In this document: piece by piece, positions 28,125 through 35,253 of the stretch
Position numbering within the stretch: position 1 is the stretch's first letter
How the letters are laid out: the number at the start of each line of letters is the position of its first letter
NCBI GenBank assembly: GCA_002699105.1
Contig: PABJ01000075.1
Location: 1-55,324 of the forward strand
Direction of reading: 5' to 3'
From: Ectothiorhodospiraceae bacterium
GTDB taxonomy: Bacteria > Bacteroidota > Ignavibacteria > SZUA-365 > GCA-2699105
Length of the DNA: 55,324 nucleotides
Program-made: the position numbers and the translations under genes
Notes under the pieces: generated by a model
Database searches by the model: none
What the model was told of the DNA's origin: nothing
The model's input: only the letters and a program-made list of their open reading frames with translations

Positions 28125-28406
28125 ATGCAAAGACTCCGCAATTCTGTTGCCATCATTCTCGCTGGTGGAATGCTTGGAGCAGGTGTTCTGTTCTCGGGCT
28201 GCACCTCGTATGCAACGCCTGAGCAGTTGCAGCGAATCGCAGAGCTCGAGCGCGAAATTTCCGCACTCCAATCCGCAATCCAAACAAAGCAGTCGCAGAT
28301 GAGCACACTGGATCGTCAGATCTCCGCACAAGATGCGAAGCTGGATCAGTGCGCAAAGGATAAGGAATTAGTGAAGCAACGTCTTGCCAACTGGCAGGGA
28401 AACTAA
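28125..28406 (+). CDS. Small coiled-coil lipoprotein
   Basis: Signal peptide plus lipobox (AGVLFSGC). The remainder is heptad-like (LQRIAELEREISALQSAIQTKQSQMSTLDRQISAQDAKL). Strong SD AAGGAGGA lies upstream. Length is 93 aa. Confidence 0.6.
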   Translation: MQRLRNSVAIILAGGMLGAGVLFSGCTSYATPEQLQRIAELEREISALQSAIQTKQSQMSTLDRQISAQDAKLDQCAKDKELVKQRLANWQGN

Positions 28407-28445
28407 GATTAAGTAACACACGCAAATCCTAAAGGAGCAGAAAAA

Positions 28446-29243
28446 ATGAATTTGCATAAACTTTCCGTTCTTGCGGTGGTGTTCGGTCTTGTTCTCGTCG
28501 CCGGGGGCAACCTTGCATTCTCGCAGGAAGAAATGACGGAAGAGGAAGCCGCGAAAAAGATCCAGGATCTTGAAGCGCGTGTCGGCGATCTGAAACGCCA
28601 GGCACAGTCCCTCGACGCACAGCTCGAAGAAAAGAATAACATGCTTCGCACGAAGCAGCAGGATTACGAAACCTGTATCGACGAACTCTACGCACTCGTC
28701 GGCGCAACCCGCGCAGACGTGAACGCCTATGAGCAGCGGCTTCGCCGCCTCGAAAACAAGGTATCCGACCTGCTTCGCCTCTCTCCGATGGATCTGCTTG
28801 CCCGCAAGGACGAGGTGGATTCGGCAGAGGAAGAGTACAATGAAATGGCGAACAACAAGATCAGCCTTCTCCCCGCGTTCTACGATCGCGTTCAGAAGGT
28901 CGGTCAGAACATCCAAACGCTTCGCGATAACTTGAACAAGGCCGAGAAGACCTACACGGTCGGTACATGGTCGCGCGATCGCGATTGCCTATGGAACATC
29001 GCAAAGAAGCCTGATATCTACGGCGATGCATTCAAGTGGCCCAAGATCTGGCAGAAGAACAAGGATCAAATCAACGATCCTGACATCATCCATCCTGGTC
29101 AGGTCCTTCGCATTCCGGCACCGGCACCGCTTACACCGGACGAAGAGAGCGCAGCCCAGCGTTACTACCGCCAGAAGCGGGAAGAAGCTGCGATGGGCGG
29201 CTCGATGGAAAACACCACTGCCGATCAGCCAGTGAATCAGTAA
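28446..29243 (+). CDS. Secreted coiled-coil protein with a C-terminal LysM peptidoglycan-binding domain
   Basis: Signal peptide LSVLAVVFGLVLVAGGNLAFSQ, then a ~150-aa coiled-coil region. The LysM domain is YTVGTWSRDRDCLWNIAKKPDIYGDAFKWPKIWQKNKDQINDPDIIHPGQVLRIP. Confidence 0.75.
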   Translation: MNLHKLSVLAVVFGLVLVAGGNLAFSQEEMTEEEAAKKIQDLEARVGDLKRQAQSLDAQLEEKNNMLRTKQQDYETCIDELYALVGATRADVNAYEQRLRRLENKVSDLLRLSPMDLLARKDEVDSAEEEYNEMANNKISLLPAFYDRVQKVGQNIQTLRDNLNKAEKTYTVGTWSRDRDCLWNIAKKPDIYGDAFKWPKIWQKNKDQINDPDIIHPGQVLRIPAPAPLTPDEESAAQRYYRQKREEAAMGGSMENTTADQPVNQ

Positions 29244-29284
29244 GTACTTGACATCCGCGCTTCGCGGATTAAGATTAGTATCGC

Positions 29285-29327
29285 AAAACCCTTACATTGC
29301 AACGATGTAAGGGTTTTGTGTGTTTTT
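29285..29327 (+). terminator. Rho-independent terminator after the LysM gene
   Basis: 13-bp stem aaaacccttacat / atgtaagggtttt with a 7-nt loop, followed by GTGTGTTTTT. Confidence 0.8.
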
Positions 29328-29370
29328 ACACTAATCCGAAAGTTCAACGATTGATAAGGACAGATACACG

Positions 29371-30336
29371 ATTACTGAAAAGCGTATAACGCTCAATGGC
29401 ATTAATCCCGTCGTCCTCTTTGGTTTCAACGATACGAACCTTGGGATCATTGAGGACCGCTGCGATGTATCGATCATCGCGAGGTGGGAAAACATCCTCA
29501 TTAAAGGTGAGAAAGCGCCGGTTGATCTCGCAGAGAAGGTTCTGAAAGAACTCATCTTCATTGTGAACAAGACGGATATGCTCACCGAGAAGGATGTGCA
29601 TACCGTTCTCGATATCCTTCGCAGCGGTTCCCTCCCCGAATTACACGAAGAGGACATGGAATCGGTCGTCCTGTACGCGAAGGACGATTACATTCGGGCG
29701 AAGACCCCCGGACAGATCGAATACATGAAATCAGTTCGGCAAAACGATATCGTTTTTGCTATCGGTCCGGCAGGAACAGGGAAAACGTATTTGGCAGTGG
29801 CGGCCGCCGTAGCCGCGTTCAAGAAGAAAGAGGTCCTGAAAATTGTCCTTGCGCGTCCGGCTGTTGAGGCAGGCGAGAGCCTGGGATTTCTGCCAGGCGA
29901 TCTGCGAGAGAAAGTGGACCCATACCTCAGGCCGTTATACGACGCGCTAGAGGATATGATACCCGGCGATAAACTCCGCAACTACCTGGAACGCGGGACG
30001 ATAGAGATCGTGCCGCTCGCCTATATGCGCGGAAGAACGCTGAACAACGCCTTCATTATCCTCGATGAAGCGCAGAATGCGACCAGCCTTCAGATGAAAA
30101 TGTTCCTTACCCGGATGGGGGCAAACTCGCGCGCGATAATTACGGGAGATATCACGCAGATCGATCTCCCATCGAAGAAGGCCTCGGGCCTTATTGAAAC
30201 GCAGCAGATCCTGCAGAACATCGAAGGCATCTCGTTTATCTATTTCGACAAAGGCGATGTCGTTCGACACAAGCTTGTCAAGAACATTATCAACGCGTAC
30301 GAGAAATATCACGGTGCAGAAGAAGCAGCGAAATAG
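29371..30336 (+). CDS. phoH: PhoH (phosphate-starvation-inducible ATPase); the start codon is unresolved and probably non-canonical
   Basis: Walker A GPAGTGKTY, GFLPGDLREKVDPYLRPLYDAL and Walker B IILDEAQN. The frame is open from 29335 and encodes the conserved PhoH N-terminal domain, but has no ATG, GTG or TTG before GTG 29563. Candidates are ATT 29350, ATT 29371 (AAGGA lies 10 nt upstream) and ATA 29386. Confidence 0.8.
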   Translation: MTEKRITLNGINPVVLFGFNDTNLGIIEDRCDVSIIARWENILIKGEKAPVDLAEKVLKELIFIVNKTDMLTEKDVHTVLDILRSGSLPELHEEDMESVVLYAKDDYIRAKTPGQIEYMKSVRQNDIVFAIGPAGTGKTYLAVAAAVAAFKKKEVLKIVLARPAVEAGESLGFLPGDLREKVDPYLRPLYDALEDMIPGDKLRNYLERGTIEIVPLAYMRGRTLNNAFIILDEAQNATSLQMKMFLTRMGANSRAIITGDITQIDLPSKKASGLIETQQILQNIEGISFIYFDKGDVVRHKLVKNIINAYEKYHGAEEAAK

Positions 30337-30569
30337 CGAAGAGCAACTGACGTTCAGGCGAATCCTCACTACGTTTGCACTGCTTATTGTCCTGAGCTTC
30401 ACACCCGTGCAGCAGGTGAATCTTGCCGGATTTCAGCAACCGGTACCTGTCGTCTACTTCATGACAAGCGAACGCTCCGGTTCGCGGCGGAGGACCGCAC
30501 TCCGGCGAATCGGCAAACTTTAAGCGCCGCAGAATATTGTTATTGATCACCAACCTGAGTTAACACCAG

Positions 30570-31689
30570 ATGTTTGAAGAGTATATCTCCCAGTTAAACG
30601 AAATCCGTACCCGCGTCCAGGACCTCCGGGGGTATCTTTGAAATCGATAAGAAGCGAGGCGAAATAAAGGAACTCGAGGAACGGACGCAGGAGCCTTCGT
30701 TCTGGGATGACAATACAACCGCCCAGGCCGTCATGCAGCAGATTTCGCTGCGCAAGGATTGGGTTGAAGCTTGGGATGCCGTATACACGAGATCCGGAGA
30801 TTTTGGTGCGTTGATTGAACTAGCGGAAGAAGCAGAGGATGAGTCCCTGAAAGGAGAGCTTGATTCTGAACTTGCTGCATTGAAGAAAGGGCTGGATGAC
30901 CTTGAGTTCAAGAACATGCTCTCGGGGACCGATGATCGCAGAAATGCCATTCTTACCATCCATTCGGGGGCAGGCGGCACAGAATCGCAGGATTGGGCAG
31001 AAATGCTATACCGAATGTACCTGCGGTATTGCGAAAGAATGAAGTTCAACGTCGCTTTTGTCGAAGAGCTTGAGGGCGAAGGCGCAGGGATCAAGTCCGC
31101 TACATTCGAAGTCTCAGGTCCATACGCGTATGGATATTTGAAGTCCGAGGTCGGAGTACACCGGCTGGTCCGGATTTCACCGTTCGATTCTGCGAAGCGG
31201 AGACATACGTCGTTTGCGTCCGTCTTCGTCTACCCCGAAATCGATAGCGATATAGAAATAGAGATCAATCCTAGCGATCTGAAGATCGATACGTTTCGGG
31301 CTGGCGGGAAGGGCGGCCAGAATGTGAACAAGGTCGAGACAGCCGTGAGAATTACCCACGTACCGAGCGGAATCGTGGTTGCGTGCCAGCAGGAGCGTTC
31401 GCAGCTGCAAAACCGGCAGACAGCGATGCGCTTGCTGCAGTCGCGGTTGTATCAGGTTGAGCGCGAGAAGGAAGCCAGCAGGCTCTCAGCCATCGAAGAC
31501 AGCAAGAAGAAAATCGAATGGGGCAGTCAAATTCGCTCCTATGTATTCCACCCGTACAATATGGTCAAGGACCATAGAACCAGCGTTGAAACAAGCGATG
31601 TGCAGGGCGTCATGGATGGTAATCTGGATGATTTTGTCAAAGATTACCTGCTTCAGTTCGGCAGTGCTGTAGTCTCAACAGGAGCGTAG
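30570..31689 (+). CDS. prfB: Peptide chain release factor 2, expressed through a +1 programmed ribosomal frameshift: join(30570..30638,30640..31689)
   Basis: Frame 3 encodes [23 protein letters not shown] and then TGA at 30639. The +1 frame continues [29 protein letters not shown]... into the 318-aa track ORF, which carries the RF2-specific SPF and universal GGQ motifs. Joined length is about 372 aa. Confidence 0.9.
30627..30642 (+). other. RF2 autoregulatory +1 frameshift site (internal SD-like GGGGG, slippery CTT, in-frame TGA)
   Basis: The sequence CGG GGG TAT CTT TGA A shares the core GGGGGTATCTTTGA with the E. coli prfB recoding site AGGGGGUAUCUUUGAC. Confidence 0.85.
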
Positions 31690-31701
31690 GCAGAGAGGCG
31701 C

Positions 31702-32916
31702 ATGGCATTCGAATCGTACGTCGCAACAAGATACATGAGGAAGCGGAGTATGAGCCGCTTCCTTTCATTTATGACGATCGTTTCGATAGGGAGCGTTGCC
31801 GTTGGTGTGGCGGCGCTTATCATCACATTCACGATTCTGGACGGCTTCGAGCGGGAACTGCGGTCAAACATCATCGGTCTCTCCGCGCATATTCGCGTCA
31901 GCACTTTTCGAAATCAGGCGCTGAAAGACGATGCATCGACTCTCTCAAAGATTCAGCAGCTCGACGGCGTATCGAAAGCGGCGCCGTACTTCCAGCAGGA
32001 AGCGATAACTATTACCCGGGATAATATTGAAGGCGTCATCGTCAAGGGAATCGTTGAGGAAAAAGGCATCTACCTCCTGCGATCCAAGCTAGTTGGAGGG
32101 GAGGCATCGGTGGATTCTCTGGAGGGCAAACCCGGCATTTTGGTCGGCAAGCGGTTTGCCGATAAAATGGGCCTTGGCGTCGGTGATAAGCTCGTGTTGA
32201 TCGGAGTCTCGGATGCGCAGGACCTCATGAATGCGCCCAAGATTCAGTTCCGAATCACCGGGATCTACGAAACGGGGATGGCTGAGTATTACGATGACCT
32301 GTATGTGTTTGTTGATCTTCCGATTGCACAAAGGCTGTTCCGATCTCAGGGGCATGTCAACGGATACGATGTACTCTGTACAGATATTGAAGGCATCGAG
32401 GATACGGTGGTCCGGCTGCAGCAAGCGCTGGGGTATCCGTTCGATCCACAATCGGTGTTCTCCATTTTCCGCAATCTATTCGTCTGGATCGACTTACAGC
32501 GCGAACTTATTCCGCTCGTTGTAGGATCGCTGATTTTCATATCCGTGTTTAATATCGTTGCAACCCTGCTGCTGTTCGTGATAGAAAAAACACAGGAGAT
32601 CGGCATCCTCAAAGCGCTCGGTGCATCGCGCCAGTCGATTCTGAGGATCTTCATCATGCAGGGACTGATTATTGGAACCGTGGGCGCTGGACTCGGATCG
32701 CTGCTGGCCTTCGCCTTTTCCTTCTTACAAGCGCAGTTCAAATTCTTCAGTCTCCCGGATGATATCTATTACATGACGAGCGTTCCGATCTACATGAAGC
32801 CCGAAGTATTTATACTTGTATCGGGTCTTGGTGTACTGCTCGCATTGCTCTCTGCTGCAATTCCAGCCTGGCTGGGTTCACGGCTTCAACCCTTGCGCTC
32901 GATAAGGTTCTATTGA
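31702..32916 (+). CDS. Lipoprotein-releasing system permease (LolC/LolE family, MacB-FtsX type)
   Basis: N-terminal FESYVATRYMRKR, one TM helix, a large periplasmic domain and a C-terminal FtsX 3-TM bundle (EIGILKALGASRQSILRIF). Confidence 0.85.
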   Translation: MAFESYVATRYMRKRSMSRFLSFMTIVSIGSVAVGVAALIITFTILDGFERELRSNIIGLSAHIRVSTFRNQALKDDASTLSKIQQLDGVSKAAPYFQQEAITITRDNIEGVIVKGIVEEKGIYLLRSKLVGGEASVDSLEGKPGILVGKRFADKMGLGVGDKLVLIGVSDAQDLMNAPKIQFRITGIYETGMAEYYDDLYVFVDLPIAQRLFRSQGHVNGYDVLCTDIEGIEDTVVRLQQALGYPFDPQSVFSIFRNLFVWIDLQRELIPLVVGSLIFISVFNIVATLLLFVIEKTQEIGILKALGASRQSILRIFIMQGLIIGTVGAGLGSLLAFAFSFLQAQFKFFSLPDDIYYMTSVPIYMKPEVFILVSGLGVLLALLSAAIPAWLGSRLQPLRSIRFY

Positions 32917-34133
32917 TGCATCTTGACTCCTTCATAGCGCGCAGATATTTAATCGGCAGGAAGCGGTTCAGCTTCATCAATATCATTTCATTGCTGGCAA
33001 CGCTCGGAATCACGTTCGGAGTCGCTGCATTGATTGTCGTGATGTCTGTCTTCAATGGATTCAGCGGCCTCGTTACAGGGATACTTCAGGATTTCGATCC
33101 CCACCTGAAGATCGAGAAAAGCCCACGTCAAGAGGGCCTTTCCACCGATAGCGTGCGGACAATCGTTACGAGAACAGACCATGTCACAGGCTCTTCGGAA
33201 TTCATTGAGCGGAAGGCAATGGCATCCAGCGGTGAGTTCAAACATTTCATCTGGATCAAAGGAGTGAATCCGGAGGCTATAGACGAAGTATCGAATGTGC
33301 GCGAAAAAGTGATTCTCGGGCAGTTCAATTTCATCTATCCCAACGCGATCGTCCTTGGGACCGCGCTTGCGGATAAGCTGCACGTACTCGTCGGCGATAC
33401 CGTTACGATTATCAGCCCGGCAGGCATGGAGAATGTGTTGACGCAGTTCGTCCAGCCGACCGTGCTGCGCTGCCCGGTTGTCGGCTTGTTTGCATCGCAA
33501 AACAAAGTCTACGACAGCGGCTACGGATTCATGTCCATGGAAGCCTCACAGCGGCTGTTCCGCATGGGAAAGCGAACCACCGGGGTTGAGCTTCGTCTAA
33601 CGGATATCGACAAGAGCAACGGGGTAAAAGCCTCGCTCGAAGAAAAGATCGGCGAAGGCTGGAATATCTCGACATGGTTCGATCTGCACAAAGACCTGTA
33701 TTCGGTCATGATGATCGAACGCTGGAGTGCGTTTATTCTGCTCAGTGTAATTATCGCTGTAGCGGTGTTCAATATCCTGGCTTCGTTAACGATGCTTGTG
33801 TTGGAGAAGCAGCGCGATATCGGCATCCTTCGTACTCTGGGGATGACCAAGCAGCGAATTCAGCGTCTGTTTTTACTCCAGGGCATCTGGATTGGAAGCG
33901 TCGGCGTATCCGCCGGCCTACTGCTGGGACTGCTGATTTGCTACCTGCAGATTGAGTTCGAGTTGTTCAAGCTCGATGCTGCATTCATCATCCCGGCGTT
34001 GCCGGTTGATGTGCATCTCGGAGATATCGTTATCGTTGTAGTAGTAGCATTTTCGCTGTGCGTTGTCGCAGCAGCATATCCAGCGATCCGGGCAAAGAAT
34101 TTCGAGATCATCGATGCTATCCGCTGGGAATAG
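32916..34133 (+). CDS. Lipoprotein-releasing system permease, second LolC/LolE paralog
   Basis: N-terminal SFIARRYLIGRKRFSFIN and C-terminal DIGILRTLGMTKQRIQRLF. ATG 32916 overlaps the upstream stop (TGATG). The track start at 32913 is a TTG. Confidence 0.85.
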   Translation: MHLDSFIARRYLIGRKRFSFINIISLLATLGITFGVAALIVVMSVFNGFSGLVTGILQDFDPHLKIEKSPRQEGLSTDSVRTIVTRTDHVTGSSEFIERKAMASSGEFKHFIWIKGVNPEAIDEVSNVREKVILGQFNFIYPNAIVLGTALADKLHVLVGDTVTIISPAGMENVLTQFVQPTVLRCPVVGLFASQNKVYDSGYGFMSMEASQRLFRMGKRTTGVELRLTDIDKSNGVKASLEEKIGEGWNISTWFDLHKDLYSVMMIERWSAFILLSVIIAVAVFNILASLTMLVLEKQRDIGILRTLGMTKQRIQRLFLLQGIWIGSVGVSAGLLLGLLICYLQIEFELFKLDAAFIIPALPVDVHLGDIVIVVVVAFSLCVVAAAYPAIRAKNFEIIDAIRWE

Positions 34134-34211
34134 TGAGCCAAATAAGAGATCGTTTCACCCTTGCGGTTTGCAACGAGTGTTGTGTCCGCAGTATTTTGAA
34201 AGTTTAGAAGC

Positions 34212-34898
34212 ATGAATACCCCGGCCCTGCGTGTATCAGATATTTCCAAGCATTACGTTACCGGTGAAGCGGAACGGCTTGATGTATTGAAAGGCATTAC
34301 GATGGAGGTAGCTGCCGGGGAAATTTGCACGATTCTCGGCGCATCCGGGACCGGAAAAAGTACACTGCTCCATATCATCGGAACGCTCGATAAGCCCAGT
34401 TCCGGTGAGGTGATGCTCGACGGCAGAGCCATCGGATCGCTGAGCGACAAGGAGTTGGCACGCTACCGGAACGAAAACATCGGCTTTGTCTTTCAGTTTC
34501 ACCACCTGCTTCCTGAGTTTTCGGCGCTCGAAAACGTCGCAATGCCTGCATTGATAGCCGGAGTTGCGCAGGATGTTGCTCTTTCGAATGCAAAGAAAAT
34601 CTTGGAGCGAGTGCGCGTCGATCATCGAAAGGATGCCAGGCCGGCGCAGCTATCGGGCGGAGAGCAGCAGCGTGTTGCGGTTGCAAGAGCCCTTATCAAT
34701 CAGCCGAAACTCATCCTTGCGGATGAGCCCTCAGGAAACCTTGATGAGGAGAATGCCGAGGCGCTCCATGAGCTGTTCTGGGAAGTGGCGAGAGAAAGAA
34801 ATCAGACCTGCGTCATCGTAACGCACGACAAGCGGATTGCGGAACAGGCGGACACCAGATACACACTTTCCGACGGTACACTCACGCAGGATGCGTAA
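34212..34898 (+). CDS. lolD: Lipoprotein-releasing system ATP-binding protein
   Basis: Walker A GASGTGKST, ABC signature LSGGEQQRVAVARAL and Walker B LILADEP. Length is 228 aa and it directly follows the two LolC/E permeases. Confidence 0.85.
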   Translation: MNTPALRVSDISKHYVTGEAERLDVLKGITMEVAAGEICTILGASGTGKSTLLHIIGTLDKPSSGEVMLDGRAIGSLSDKELARYRNENIGFVFQFHHLLPEFSALENVAMPALIAGVAQDVALSNAKKILERVRVDHRKDARPAQLSGGEQQRVAVARALINQPKLILADEPSGNLDEENAEALHELFWEVARERNQTCVIVTHDKRIAEQADTRYTLSDGTLTQDA

Positions 34899-34959
34899 GT
34901 GGCCAAACGTTACAGACGAGAATAGAACGATATATTTTTTGATTTAGTACGAGCTAGAC

Positions 34960-35235
34960 ATGGCGAAAGCAACCAAACAGCCTCGGCGCAAAACGAGGAA
35001 AACACAGCAAGCTGTCGCACCGGCCGAGCTGCCGCAGCGCATGAACTACATTATCATGCTCAGCGGTGTCGCAGTTATTATCTTCGGGTACATCCTCATG
35101 TCAATGGGGGATGCAACCAGCGCACTATCAGTGACAATCGCTCCGATAATCCTGATCATCGGGTATTGTATTGTCATCCCATTCGGAATTCTTTACCGAC
35201 CGAAACCGCAGGACGAGTCCGCCTCTCAAAGCTAA
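34960..35235 (+). CDS. Small two-TM membrane protein, DUF3098-like
   Basis: 91 aa with a basic N-terminus, then MNYIIMLSGVAVIIFGYILMSMG and a second TM helix. This resembles DUF3098 proteins of Bacteroidota from memory only. Confidence 0.5.
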   Translation: MAKATKQPRRKTRKTQQAVAPAELPQRMNYIIMLSGVAVIIFGYILMSMGDATSALSVTIAPIILIIGYCIVIPFGILYRPKPQDESASQS

Positions 35236-35253
35236 AGCCAAGGCGGACCCATC

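Noticed and set aside
30338-30523. TM-like peptide (ILTTFALLIVLSF...) in the phoH-prfB spacer, read as the tail of ORF 30194..30523
   Set aside because: The ORF's own start lies inside phoH in another frame. Downstream of the phoH stop only CTG 30347 or an internal GTG could serve as a start, and no SD is present. It is probably non-coding spacer.
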